From positions 16,802,001-16,866,000 of the forward strand of contig JBHGNT010000011.1 in NCBI GenBank assembly GCA_043228905.1: DNA of 64,000 nucleotides. The letters run 5' to 3'. This document shows positions 13,550-27,230 of the stretch, one piece after another. The position numbers were made by a program, and so were the translations under genes. The stretch's first letter is position 1. Each line of letters begins with the position of its first letter. The stretch comes from Azolla caroliniana (taxonomy: Eukaryota > Plantae > Polypodiophyta). Below the pieces are notes generated by a model. It had not been told where the DNA came from. It saw only the letters and a program-made list of their open reading frames with translations, and did no database searches.

Positions 13550-16500
13550 ATGGCTATGGCTATGGCGATGGCTGTGCCGTCTTCAATGACATTGACTGTC
13601 GCTTCTTCCCTCAAGGTCTCTCTTCCTCTTCCTCTTTCCCCTCCTCCGCCTTTTCCTCATCTTCTCCACGTTAAGCGTACATACCCTCTTCTCAGCACTC
13701 GCAGAGCGTCTTTTCCTCTCACAGAGGCCAAGATTTATCGAGAGTCCAAGCATTATTTGGTGGTAAGTAAACCTTACTCTACTACCTCTCTCTGCCATTC
13801 GTGTGTGTAAGAATTTCTCTCTCTCTCTCTCTCTCTCTGTGCCCCCGCCCCCCCCCCGCCCAATAATCGTTATTTTTAATTTTCAAGCGGTAATTCAAGC
13901 ATTGTCTGGTGGCAATGAAACCCTAATTTCTTGTGCACGGCTTGCTTATTGATTATCAAGAATCAAAACTTTGTTTTGGTAGTAATGAACCTATTGAAAC
14001 CCTAATTTTCTTCAGTGCAGCTGTTCACCTGTTCTTACCCGCCCCTTCTTTTAATATTTGTTACTGAAGAATCAAAGCATTGTATGGTGATAATGAACTG
14101 TCAAAAAAATCCATAATATTCTTATATGTAGGATTGTTTTTGCTTCAGTTTGCAGAACAAAGTTTCTTTTGATTTGTTTCTGTTTGCAGAACAAAGTTTC
14201 ACGGACTGAACTTGAGAAGCTCTTGGACTCTAGCCGAACCAAGTCGGTCATCGTGGATTTCTTCGCGACATGGTGTGGACCTTGCATTATCCTTGCACAA
14301 GAACTTGAAAAGGTAAATTATGCTGTCTACTTCCACACAAAATTAGGCTCTACTAAAACCAAACTTAAGAAATTCTAAATTTCAATGGTATACAATGTAA
14401 TGACCTCCCCCCTTCCACTATGGAAGCATCTTTAACCCAGGTCCCTCTGAGAAAAACATAACATTTCGTACCTACAATGTCATAAGCCGTGCCCACCTCA
14501 ATGGAGGTACTTAAGCTTTGATATTGCAGCTCCTCTTGTCGGTTCTCCATTGGTTCTTCTTGCTTTTGTGTTACTACTTGCCAGTCCAGTCCTCCACTTC
14601 TCCCCGTTTGATTCCCATGGCTTCTTCTTAATGTGGCCTTTTCTTGCTGTTGTGTATGATGCCGTGATGCGCCACCTTGTGTGTTTTTGAGCAGGTTATT
14701 GTCTCTACCTTCAGCCTTTTTCATGGTATTGTTTACTGGTAAAGGTGCACTGTCCCCCGGATATGGTTGCTGAGGAGTTCTGAGACTTGCAAACAGGAAA
14801 TTTTAGGACCATTGTTTGTTGAAGCTCCTAACCATTATCCTGGTGTGGTGCTGGTCTTCTTTTTCTCTATGCATTCCGAGAGTGGAATGCCCTGTTACAT
14901 GGACTCTCTCCCACCATGGACAAAGTAGATCACTGATTTAGCATTCCTTTAATCAATGTAATTACATGTCTCTATTGCAAAGTTATGATTCAAGATTATC
15001 CTTATCAGGATATGCTCAGCGCTGTATTCCTCCATTTGAGTCCTCAATGTGCTTGATGTGCCTTGAATGCCCACTCTGCCTGCATATTTCTCCGGCTCGA
15101 TCTCCCCATCCGAATATATGGGAATAAGGAATGCTTATTAAGTGGCCTGCCCTATGGCCAGATTTGTCAGTTCTGACTAAGTGCCCATTGGATTATGGCC
15201 ACCTTTCTTGCTCAGGTTCGATGAGGTCGATTCTTGCAGTTAAACACCTGGCACACAGGATAAACAAGGGAAGATAGGTTAGAACTTGAGATTAGATTTA
15301 GGGATGATACAGAGATCTTCTTGAGTGCTAAACTCTGATGCCTCAATTGTTTTGTTATATAAACTATTGCTAGTTGACAGCAATGGAATACTTGAAGGCA
15401 AAAACATCTGTGTAGGCAGAATCATTCGCAACAGTTAATGTTAACAGCTTAAGATAACGAAAAGGTCTCGTTTTTAGATTTTCTGATAATCTTTTCGGCC
15501 TCTCTGTTCTCCAAATTTATCGAGTCACTTTCTTGCAAAGTGCTTCCCGTTTTTGCCATCTTCCAATCAGCCAACTTCTCATTGATCTTTTTGGGAATCT
15601 CTAAAAGCTATCAGATAAGCTGTTTTTTCTGATTAACTTCTAGATTTTAACACATCTACCCAATTTCATGAATATTAAGATTTATACTGATACATGCTTA
15701 TAAACGCGTCGGTCCAACATGTGGAACATTTTAGGGCTGAAATGTTTCAGTGGTGATATCATTCTGTTGACGTTGGTGGAAAGTGCTCTGAAAGCTCCAT
15801 ACGTTGGTTTCAATTGTGAACATTGACCTAAACGAGCATTTTGGCATTAACTCTGTTTTAAGGGCGTGAGTGTAGCTAATTAAATTCTCTGTTGGTTATC
15901 AATAAAGAAATAACGAAAGATGAACCCATCTTTGAGGGCCAAAATGTGTCAATTCCTTGCTGGTAGCAACATAGCTTCCAGAATGTAAAAGTAAGTCTTA
16001 AATGAGTCTAAAGACTCTGCTGGGAGATGAAATTTTACCTAAGCAGTTTGATTGGTGTTTTACTGGGCCACTTTCAGAAGCCATTGCAATGGAGTTGAAT
16101 TTGAAATTACAGAAGGAAGGAGATCATACAGAATATATGTATCTCAAAGTTGATTGTTATTGGTATCTGGTTGGATGACTTTTTGTTTTGCTAGTTTCAT
16201 TTAATTCCACTGGTTTTCGAGTTTCCTGAAGCACAAAATAAATTTTCTGCACACTGCATCTGCCCACTACTTGTAAAAGAATTTATATGAAATTGGGTAT
16301 GATATGAAAAATATTCTCAGGTGAAATGGATATTCTGTGCTAGACTTTGAATTTTGTTTTGACATTTGTCCTTTTTTATGTAAAGATTTAGTGATTCATT
16401 TTTATATGAGAATTTACTGAAAAAAAGGCTCAAAGAAGGATTACAAAATACAACTATCTATACTCATGTCAGTGATGCAAAGCATATTTTTTGTAGCTTT

Positions 16501-16836
16501 TATTCCATAATGGTAGCAACTCATTTTCTCCTATGCATTTATGTAGTTAGCAGTTGAGTTCGGGCATGAAGTGGAATTTGTGAAGATTGATACGGATGAA
16601 GAGTACGAACTTGCCCAAAAGATGGAGGTTATATTACCACTACTTCCTTGACCCAGTGAGTGTTTGAGTTATGTTTTCCATGTTTATGGCTCTGAATATA
16701 TCGTCTTTATTGGCAGGTCCGTGGTTTGCCTACTGTTATTTTTGTGAGCAAAGATGTAGAGAAGAATGCTATTCGTACTGAGGGCGTTTTTCCGAGAGAT
16801 ATTTATCGGGATATTATAAAAGATCATCTCTTGTAA
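13550..16836 (+). CDS. TRXz: Thioredoxin z (CITRX), plastid, 4 exons
   Basis: Ser/Pro-rich transit peptide, then HYLV|NKVSRTELEKLL..VIVDFFATWCGPCIILAQELEK|LAVEFGHEVEFVKIDTDEEYELAQKME|VRGLPTVIFVSKDVEKNAIRTEGVFP. Approximate exons: 13550-13762, 14190-14312, 16547-16627, 16717-16836. Confidence 0.92.
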
Positions 16837-17599
16837 CTTCACATCTTGTTTAGGTCACGGATCTTCAAATCACTGTCACAAAATGCATATTTGAGAGTAA
16901 TACACTTAACGACTCGTTATTCATGGATGTCTTATATGTAAAATTCTATATGCATAACCATAATATCTAACGTAGTGCAGATGTTTTTACAGAGGAGATC
17001 ACAGGATTGTACAGAGGCTCAAGGTTATAGATGAACCTTTAACTGCAATATGCACCTAGGCTTTAGTGTTTAGATAAATGTTATTTTATCCATGGATGTG
17101 TAAATCTACTTTTTTATATTCAGGAGTTTATACTGTTTCTTACTTTAATGAATAGTTCCATTTGGTGACAAGTAACCTAAAAGCTAAGATGGGTGATTTA
17201 TTATTATATCTTGCATTTGATTGTTGGTTAACTTTATCGTATATTGTTTCCTAATCTTGTCGGTAATGTATAATCAAAATAAGATACTCTTTGAACTTTT
17301 ATTTTGCAAGGCTTAAAAGGGAGACCACTTATGATTTAGAAACATTGTTATGTTGGTAAGTGGTTGAGGTGAGCTTTGTTGTTTAAGGCTGTGCAATAGA
17401 ATGATTTGTGAAAATTGAGAAAGCTGTAATTGCGAATTTGTGGCTGATCAGCATTAAAAGCATGAAAAGTGGTTTGAGAGTACTTCCTCTTCTTTTGCGT
17501 TGAGTTGTCTATTGCCAATTATGTCCACAATATGTTTATAATACATATTGGACATTTGGATTAGGCATGTTGATTGGGTTCAATTACAATCGACAAAAA

Positions 17600-19435
17600 G
17601 TGTAGTAAGAGATGTCATGCATGTCAATCTCTTTGAAGGGATTACTTCGTGCATGAGATTGGAGATTAGACGGATGTTTGAGAAGATTGTGTCCCATTGA
17701 TAATGGAGGTCTTTCAAAAACTAGTATTGTTCAAGTATATCGTGTCTTAAACTCTTGCCTACATGGATGTTAGAGATGAGTTGCACAAGTTGATACTAAT
17801 AATGGGAAAGTGATATACTCGCCATTATGTTAAGTCCAAAGTAGAAATTTGTGCAAGCATCAAGAGTATCTTACGTGAGTGCATCTAAGAAAAAGGATAC
17901 CAATGTGTGATCAATGAACTCAACATCGCATCACATTTGAGATTACATACTTTTGTCGGAGATTGTGCAACTCAAGATTTACAAGGGGCAATCATGGAGT
18001 GCAACACAGAAAGGCCCCAAAATGGGAGGCTTGAGCTTTAAATTTACGTTTGAGAGGTTAGGTGCCTTTTCATGGGTGTCACGATGGTCGGGTTTGATCG
18101 AGTGTGCACAAAAATTGGAGATGGCTAGTGTACATATGCGAGTGGTTTGTGTCTCTTGGTGATGTACTAGGAAGGCGGTCTTGGTGTTTAGTATCTATAC
18201 ACACATTACATGTGTGGGTGTGAACCAAAAAGAAACAACAAAGTAGTAGTAAGAAGACAAGAAGACAGATGGATTGGGGTTTTTTCAAGATTGGAAGTAC
18301 TCTTGGCTGTTAAAAGGTATTCCGATGTTAAGACATACCAGTTTTTTGAGGTGGATGAAACAAAACAACTGTCTCAATCGGGGGAAATGGTGATCGATTA
18401 TCCCTATGCTATTGAACACAAGATAAGGATCATAGGATATGCCGACCGTAAATGGTATATTGATCCAATGATAGAGGAAATAAGACCACATTGGAAGTTG
18501 TGGGTATTAGCTAAAACCCCGTTATTGAGATTAGATTGGGACCCAATTGATTATTAGTGGACATATCCTTACACGGGTAACAGGTTCAATTTCTTCCAAT
18601 ATTCTGTACAGTTGGGAAGACATGTACTTTCGGACACACATGAGGTGTTGCCGACTACATCTCAATATTGGAATCAACAAGGTATTACTCCTCAATTCCT
18701 TGCAAAATTATGGGATATCTTATGGGCAAGAAAACAACCATAGAAAATATTGCATGTACACCGGGCCTTGTCGGTTGGCACATGGTTGCATAGGATGGGA
18801 GTATCTTTTGGTTGTACTTGATGTCATTTACAAATGGAAACTCAAAAACATTGTTTATGGGAATGCATTTAGTCTCAACCGATATGGAAACATCTCCTTA
18901 GAATTTTTGCTAGTTATTTTCCCCCATTGGTTTTCACTTGCGGCATGGTGGTTTGGACATCTCTTGTCAGTGATGCGTTCCATTATGACACAGAATCTAT
19001 GGACCATGGGTTTTTCACTAAATATGGAAGTGTTCATACATTACCATTGCTATCATTACAGTTTTTAGGAGTACGAAAGGAAATCCAACAAGTATGGGAG
19101 ATACTGAGTAGTACCATTGTATATCACATCGGGAAGATTCGGTGCGCTCTCGTTTTCCATCAACTTAAAACACCACCAACTGTGAAGTGGTTTCAAATAT
19201 TTGGTTAGACATAGTTCATACTTTGAAGGGTCAATGGGATGGTATAGTTGGAGATTCTGAGGCTAAAATTGCTCAATGACATGAGTTTCTTATTATCTGG
19301 ACAACTACTCCATTCATGACATTCAATTACGGCAATCCTTATTGCCCCCCCCCCCCCCCCCCCCCCCCCCCATCACATAGAGGTTTAAAATCTTGTAAAA
19401 TGTTTTATACTAATGAGAGGATATCATTTAAAAAA
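17600..19435 (+). mobile_element. Degenerate LINE (non-LTR retrotransposon), 3' part of ORF2
   Basis: Frame-broken peptides include KGPKMGGLS (PK..GGLG motif), LLRLDWDP, and a zf-RVT-like C..C....ETQKHCLWECI*SQPIWKHLL. The element ends in a poly-C tract and an A/AAG-rich tail. Confidence 0.7.
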
Positions 19436-19509
19436 AGAAGAAGAAGAAGACAAGAAGACATGGAGATGGATGATGCATTAGCGGTAGAGCATCACACGAC
19501 TCAATGAGA

Positions 19510-19845
19510 GACACATACACACACACACGCACACGCACACATACATAAATATATACATAGATGCATACATGGGTACATACATACATACATGACATACATG
19601 ATGCATGCATACATAGATGCATGCATACATAGATGCATACATGTAAATACATATATACATACATACATTATTTCATGCATACATATGTAACATATGTACA
19701 TGACACACACACATATATACATACATGTAAATACATATATACATACATACATTATTTCATGCATACATATGTAAAATATGTACATGACACACACATATAT
19801 ATGTATACATACATGACATACATAGATATACATACATACATACAT
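19510..19845. repeat. Compound (CA/TACA/CATG) low-complexity tract with an internal ~80-bp duplication
   Basis: catacatgtaaatacatatatacatacatacattatttcatgcatacatatgtaa appears twice (~19636 and ~19720). Confidence 0.85.
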
Positions 19846-21608
19846 TCAAAGAGCGAAGTAAATAATAAGACCACAACAATAATATGTAATGCAAACGGAG
19901 ACGCAGAGGCGGAGAAACAAACAGAGGAACAGAAACAAAGAGCTCCACTCGACTTGACCTCTGCTCCTTTGGAACACACGATTAGATACCGATCCTCCCC
20001 CTTCCACTCGCTACCTCCCCTTGTGAGTGCTCTCAAATCTGTCTTCTTATTCTCCTCCTCTGCCTGTCTTCTTTTCTCTTTCTAACCCCATTTTCACACA
20101 TATAGATTACGCTTCTGATGCATACCCCCCCCCATCCTTTTTTTTTTATATTTTTATATATTTTTATATTATGGATTTCATATCTCATGTGCAGTGCCGT
20201 TTTGTCTCTATTTTCTTTGAAAAATGTTGTTTTTTGGTTTCAATAGGAATCCGACACAGTTGGGTAGTGATTGTAAAACCAAGGATTAAGGATAGGATTG
20301 TATGACCATTTCTAGTTTCGTTTCCGTGGAGAGAAATAAACACTGGAATAGGTTTTTATGGATATCTGGAAAGAAGAGTAGTGATGATCTATCTGATGTT
20401 GACATTTCTTACGCATATCTAATAGTATCATGGAAGGTAGTCTGGTAAAGTGTATGTATATATGTGCTTACGTAATTACACACACATATTCACACTTAAA
20501 CTGCATTCGGATACATATGGATATATGTTGAACATGTACATATACATATACACATATGCATATTTGTACAGGTACAAGTACACACATTATGTACATGTAC
20601 TCTTGATGGTTCTCCATTTTTGTAGTTAACTATCTTGCTTCATGATTGGCAGTACTTCTCAATTTGTTGTACCATTTGTTTCAATGGTACTCAAACTTTG
20701 CCTCTCGATTGTTTTCTTGTCATGGAAAACCTCTAGGAGGTTATTCAAGTATTGTGAGGGTATTTAAGTGTTCAAAAGAGGTGTTTATAGGTTGGCCACA
20801 GTAATATGACACTGCTTCTTCCGTATGTAGAGTTTATCTTATTCTTTGTATCCCATGCGTGGCTGTTATAGAAACGTTAAACAAATGGAAAATGAAAAAA
20901 GTATAGGTTTTCCATTTAGACATAAACCTTAGCTACCAGAAGCTGTTACCACTAAGCTTGGACACTGGTGATATGTTGAACCTCAATGCTGCATTTTCAC
21001 TATGATCGTTTCGATATCGATCCCTGATTGTTGTGAGCTTAGATCCTTGGTTGGGTATCTCTTTTATTTTATGAGAGGATCTACCTCATCATATAGGCAC
21101 TCTGGACTTGCTGCCTCATGATGAGCGGAATGATCATCATCAGGATATTCCGTTCATATAGGTACTGATATGATCTTTTGATGTATTGGGAAGAGCCATT
21201 ATGCTCACATGCTTGGTATGGCATGAGGAGGTTCATACCCTATACCCGTTGTTTTCATCGCTAAAGTGTGATCATTACTATTCAATTAATTGATTTGGTA
21301 TCACGCAAGTTCGCTGGTTTAAAATAAATAAACTCCATTTTCTTGTTTTATGAAGTCTTCGATTTATTTGTATATATCTTTTTATTTATGTTTGAATGGT
21401 GGTTGCAATCTCGTTCTTGAAACTCTCAAATGGACATGTAGGTCACCTAGTGAAGAAAGAGAACAATAATCCACAAAGCAACTAAGAAGATCCATTAAAT
21501 GCAAGAATAAGAACCAGACACAGTTCATGCTGCTTCACAACATCAATTCAAATAAATGCAAGAGCCTTTGTGTCTACACACAAAGGTGATTCACCCTTTG
21601 CCACTAAA

Positions 21609-22253
21609 ATGCAAATGCCAGAGTGCCCAGTATGTTGGGATGTCTTCAATGATAATGTACGCATGCCCCGAATACTTAGGTGTGGCCACACAGTATGCCA
21701 ATCATGCATCGAATACCTTCCGGTTGATTCAAGTATGGGTCAAGAGTGCTTATTATGTCCAGAATGCCGAAGTCCATGTCTATGGAGAGGTGTGAGAGAG
21801 CTTCCAAAGAATTTCATTTTGCTAAGAGCAATGAATTTAGCATCATCCCAAAGGTCAGAGTCAGACACTGTGTCTGGCACTGGCACTGGCTCTGGGAGTC
21901 GTATTGATGAGCTCTACATCTCGAGTATGCTTTTTGATCTCCCCTTGCTCTTCTCTTTGTTGCACTTCATCTCGATGGAGACTCGGTGGCTCCAGAGAAT
22001 GGTCAAAAGGAAGCTCTGGGAAGTCATGAGATTGTTTGGCCTTGCAGTGTTGTTGCTTATGTTGGTACCTTTATCTCTTGTTCATATGCTTTTGGCATGG
22101 TGGGTTGCCTCTTTGGGCTTCATTTTGCTTCTTTGGTTCACTGTGGGTGGTTTCGGCTTCGGTGCCTTTATTCTTTTCGTGTGGGTTTCATATAATATTG
22201 TATATACATTCATGCGGCTCAATAGATCGCTACATCGGAAGCCAACAGAATGA
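21609..22253 (+). CDS. RING-HC (C3HC4) E3 ubiquitin ligase with C-terminal transmembrane helices, single coding exon
   Basis: CPVCWDVF...PRILRCGHTVCQSC...CPECR followed by LPKNFILL and a long hydrophobic C-terminus. First in-frame ATG is at 21609 (in-frame stop at 21483). A 5'-UTR exon at ~19900-20021 with GTGAGT donor and a TAG acceptor at ~21441 are predicted. Confidence 0.88.
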   Translation: MQMPECPVCWDVFNDNVRMPRILRCGHTVCQSCIEYLPVDSSMGQECLLCPECRSPCLWRGVRELPKNFILLRAMNLASSQRSESDTVSGTGTGSGSRIDELYISSMLFDLPLLFSLLHFISMETRWLQRMVKRKLWEVMRLFGLAVLLLMLVPLSLVHMLLAWWVASLGFILLLWFTVGGFGFGAFILFVWVSYNIVYTFMRLNRSLHRKPTE

Positions 22254-24003
22254 TATGAATAGGTGATTGATGTCTTTGAGCAACCTTTGTGGGGTCTCCT
22301 TGATTGAAAAAGTATATTCAACAGACATGATTGATTCTTATAGAAGTATATTTATACACATTTATAAATGTCAATAGACATGCATTCTTTTTGAAAGGTT
22401 GTAAGCTTATGTTGGCTCTTTTATGGGCATTATATCCATTCATTATGGTTGAGAATTTTTGGGGGATCTTATATATAAGCTCTCTTTGAACTGACAATAG
22501 CACACAGTTTGCATAATGCTTACGGCATACTATTATTGATAGCATTGAAGAATTAAGTGGTTCCCTTGTTTCTCTTGTTGATCCCAAATTTGTGAGTGAA
22601 AATATTAAATAGTTTCTATGATGATATAGTTGAGTACCATGAATGTCTGAGAACTTCAGCTTTTAGCAACTAAATGACTCGTCTATTTAGACAATCTTTT
22701 GAGCCATATGTAACAATGTTTCTTTCACATGTTCAGATTACGAACCCACGACTTATTAATATGCGGGATTGATTGCTCAAGCCTCCCACAACCTTAAGTG
22801 TATGGATTAATTGCTTGAGTCTGGACGTCCATGCCCTGATCTTATCATATTGATCTAAATCTCCACTGAAACTTGCCTATAACAATAATAGAATATAGAA
22901 GCCAAAGAATTACCCAATAGATTGCTTATTATTTTGGACATGTAAATATATGAATGTGTTAGGTTTGTCTTTTGTGTGTTCTTATGTTAACTTTGTGTAC
23001 AACTATTTTATGATTGCTTTTATGTAATTGTATGTTTTGCATAAGAGTGGAGCAAACAAATGTCAATCTAATAACAGGCTAAAACAAGGAGATATATAAA
23101 CTCTACCTAATGTTTTATCCTTTAATTTCTATAAAAAGCTGAGGCTCACAAGTTATTAATTATGTGATTGCCAATGAATGGTCTATTGCAATTATGGCAA
23201 GATGTTTATCTCTTCATTGTATTTGTATGTTTCTGGAGAATGCAAGTTTACATCACTGAAATGAATAGGAGTGTAGTGATACATTTTATGTATTTTTTGT
23301 ATTGAGACTATCAAAATGCTTGGGTAGATTGTAAGTGGTGACATAATGGACGATTATTGCCTACTTGAAATTATTTAGAGTATGTATAAATTGGACATGT
23401 ATTCTACATATCATCATCAATATTGTATCAATTCTATTCCTTGTCATTTGAGTACGTAATAATATAATAACATGTACATATTAAGGAAATGCTTTCATAG
23501 TTTGGTTTCGCATGTAAACTTCTGTTTTCAAATTGAATTGTTTGCTGATTAATCAATTTTGCATACACATGTGGACAACTACACTACAACCATACACAAA
23601 CAAAACTCACCAAACTATTTGTACAAGAGAATGGTTGTTACCACACAATTTAAACGTTAAGAAAAGTAGCTTGTTGATTACTCTTTCCAAGCTCCAATAT
23701 AACCTCAAGCTATGCATTGGCCATAAATGATGGTTATAACAAACCTCTAGCTGACACAGACAACGTTGATACTCTGATAACTAAACCTTACACTGAAACA
23801 TGCTTTTCCAACCAAGAGAAAAAAATTGCCCTTCTTTTATGTTCGAGTTTTTCTACAAACTTCCAAATAGCTACCAATCACTCTATTCATATATATTTTT
23901 GCATTTGCAGTGCAAAAGATTTGAACCATACACTGATGTTTTAAACCATATATTAAGAAGGCATACTTATATCCCATATTAAGACAGATCCTAATAGAAC
24001 ATC

Positions 24004-24128
24004 ATCTTCCTTCAAATGCATGCTTCAATCCAGTGTTGATAACACAACTCAAAAGGTCAAGGGTACTATCTTCCTTCAAATGCATGCTTCAATCCAGTGT
24101 TGATAACACAACTCAGAAGGTCAAGGGT
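24004..24128. repeat. Near-perfect tandem duplication, 64-bp period
   Basis: atcttccttcaaatgcatgcttcaatccagtgttgataacacaactca(a/g)aaggtcaagggt starts at 24004 and at 24068. Confidence 0.95.
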
Positions 24129-25411
24129 GGATCATGATAACGAATTACAACAAAGCTTTTTGTATACACGCAGCAATTTGTATTTGAAGAGCCAACTTCA
24201 AAGATGCTACAATGTTATACAGTTAAATGTTGATGGACTTCCTTGTACAAACCCAATGCGTCAATAACACCTCAAATTTTAGATCTTGCATGGGCCATCA
24301 GTAAGAATCCCAACTGAGCTTTTCAAATGTATTAAGATGCACACACACAACACTCAGAAATTTTCCTACTACTTTCAAAGACCCATTTTCTGAAGCAGGA
24401 AAGTTACATGCAGCTTCTCTGGTATTATCTGCAGATTTTTAATAAAGCCACCCTCATACTGCTCTGAATTGTCAATAAAAACCAGCAATTAACAGACAAA
24501 AATTGCAATCTTCGACTGAATGTTTTTGTAATACTGATACAAGAAACCATACCCTCTTAATCTAAACCTTCAATTGTGACATCCTGATATTAACATCTCT
24601 CTATCATTATCTCTAGGTGGAATCCCGGTTAAACACAGCATTGTGCTGCTTTGCTGAGAGAACCCAATATCTTGCTTACTGTGACAATCCGCAGGACATT
24701 GATGTGAGGACACAAACTCCACTACTTTCTATCTCCACTCCTTATCTTGTAAATTGAAGCTGAAGTTGTACCTCCAATTCACATTTCAGTGATGGAATTC
24801 TTTCCATTTCACCTGTGAGCCTCATGTTGCGTGATGATATGAGGAGAGACACAAACGTCATTTTGGTTTTATTACAGTGAAATTTTTGGACCCTTGTATG
24901 GAGAACTCTTTACAACAAAGTCATTTGGAGGGTGGAACTCGTCCAACCATGCCAAATCTTGCTCCAATTGATCACTTTTACTATCCTCTGAAACTGACCC
25001 TGTGCCATGCCATCAGAACAAGTAGAAACTTAACTTTATTCACATGCTTTAGTCAGAGAGATGAGCAAGTCAATAAACGATAGAAACCATTACATGGGAG
25101 AAGTGAGATTAGTAAAACTTACATTTAACCAACTATAGAAGTTATTGCACCCAAGAGATACAGGAGAAAAGAAGCAAAAATCATTATATGGTAGATACAG
25201 AATGAACAAATCAATAAATTATTGAAATTATAGCATATAACATTAATGTTTTCAGGGGAGAGGGGAGAGAAGCAAATCAATAAATGATAGAAATCATTCC
25301 ATGGGATTAGTAAGAGCTAGAAAGAAAGAAAGAAGTATTTACATCTCTTAAATGTTAAAGCCACGAGAACTGAGATTACATTTGAAAATGTTGTGTGATC
25401 TTGCAGAACCA

Positions 25412-25702
25412 TCACCTAAATAAATATAAATTTGCAAAACTGTGTAAGCACAGTTTTTCTAAGTTATGGACATATGCCCATAACATTGTGAGCATAAATG
25501 GACTGAAACTTTGACCTTCATAATATGTACAATGTGGATCATTCCCAGATGAAGAGGTTTCTGAAGTGAGGACAGCACATTTACTGTTGGGTGAATTGGC
25601 TGCTGCATCATCTTTTGGGCGGCCTTCTTTGCTCAATTTTCCATGTGGAGGCAAAGGTACACTTCCCATTTTAATATCAATTATGTTGAACCTTTCAAGC
25701 AT
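25412..25702 (-). pseudogene. Collapsed PCO-derived sequence (mini-ORF, 96 codons)
   Basis: CAVLTSETSSSGNDPHCTYY aligns to PCO exon 4 [22 protein letters not shown]. The nucleotide blocks TGTGCTGTCCTC and ACATTGTACATATTAT are identical in both places, on the same strand. Confidence 0.65.
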
Positions 25703-26229
25703 TTTTTCAATGTACTTTTCTTATGATAAATAGCGCAACCATTACTTCCTTTCTCTCTTTATCCTCGTGATCAAGGCCTGTTCAGCTGAGCTTAAATCTT
25801 TCATGAAAATGATTGATTTAGCTGGAGTTTTAAGGCTTTAAGCGTACATCTATTTTTACCAGAGATAAGCATACCATTTACATATAGCACCAAAATGGTG
25901 GGGCTGCCATCTACATCCCTTTTTGTGTACACAGCCTTTTGCAACCACCTTGCCTTATACTTGATTTTTCATTCAGAGCCTTGATTTTATACACCCACCT
26001 ATGAGGAAAGGTCCCCAGTATCATTAACATGCAAAGCTTTTATTTCTTATGACATTCTAAGATCTCACTTACCCTTTTCCCACATGACGTATCCTCTTTT
26101 AACGTAAGTAACTCTCCCTCATCAGTCAACATATTTCCATGAAAGCCTCCTTTGAGTCCAGTAGACCTTATTACCAAATTACTAGGATATACATAAGTTG
26201 GAACCACAAAATCTTGAATACTAGACTGT

Positions 26230-27230
26230 CATCCATCATTTATAGCCTTTTTTCAGCATTATCATTAGCTGCTCATGATCTGCAAGTGCATTTAATGGCT
26301 GTCCATCATCCTTTGAAAACATTACCTTGGGCTCATCATGATTTCAGCCCTTTGTAGTTCCACCTAAGCCGCATTATCATCACTGATGGCTGGCTGGTTA
26401 TGCTCCAATCTAGCTTTCTTGTTATATTTCTCAAAGGCATTACAAGATTTGAGACGCTTGCCCTAACTAAAGACAACATCCCAGCTGCATACAAGTGTTT
26501 TAAGCTAGGGTAGCCATATCCGATGGCCCATTTTACTTTCCTCACCATATCCAAGGAAGACGCCTTAATGGACATTGCATCAAGTTTATTCCTACACTCA
26601 TGTCTAGTGAGCATGAATGCATCACAGCCAAAGATTTGTAGATTGGTCATGTGAGGCTAGTTTGCCAAACCAAACCTCCTTAGGTATGCCATCTTTCAAC
26701 ATCATGTGGAAAATCTAATGCATATGCATACTGCAGCCTTAATAGCTTCCCAAAAAGTGATGAGAGAGATGAGATGTGGAGAGCATGAATCTCACTCTCT
26801 CACATAGTGTTGTCCTATCATTCTTTCTAGCCAAGCTATTAGAAGAATGGATGTCTAGTGTTGTTAACTCCGTCTTTATACCATGTATCTCACAAAATCT
26901 TCTAAATTCAATAGTTGTGGGCTCGCCTACATAGTTTATTCATGGGCATTTTAGTTTCTTATCTCTTTGGGTGGTCACAATTGCAGAAAAGGCTTCATCT
27001 TTGCTTTTAGCAAATGAGCCCAAATTGTCCTCAACAAAAGAAATGAAATCCAAAGCACCTCCAATAGATGTCGCAGCCATGTTAAGAATATCAGAATGCA
27101 CAAGATCCACACATTGAGAATAATAGGATTTTCAAACTTTCCATATTGGCAGTGATTACAAAATTGAGTTTAAAACCTTGGCATAAATTTTTTGCAAATT
27201 GGGCTCATATGGCCTGAAGTGAGAATTTGC
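26230..27230 (-). mobile_element. Degenerate Ty1/copia internal fragment (GAG-pre-integrase / integrase region)
   Basis: Minus-strand peptides LVHSDIL..ATSIGGALDFISFVED and NLQIFGCDAF..RHECRNKLDA match Copia integrase motifs. No LTRs recognised. Confidence 0.75.

Noticed and set aside
14365-15300. 119-aa minus-strand ORF in TRX z intron 2, possibly a LINE ORF1/gag relic
   Set aside because: The composition suggests a TE relic, but I could read no diagnostic motif.
19428-20085. Several long Cys/Tyr/Met/His-rich ORFs
   Set aside because: Artefacts of stop-free (TACA)n/(CA)n low-complexity DNA.
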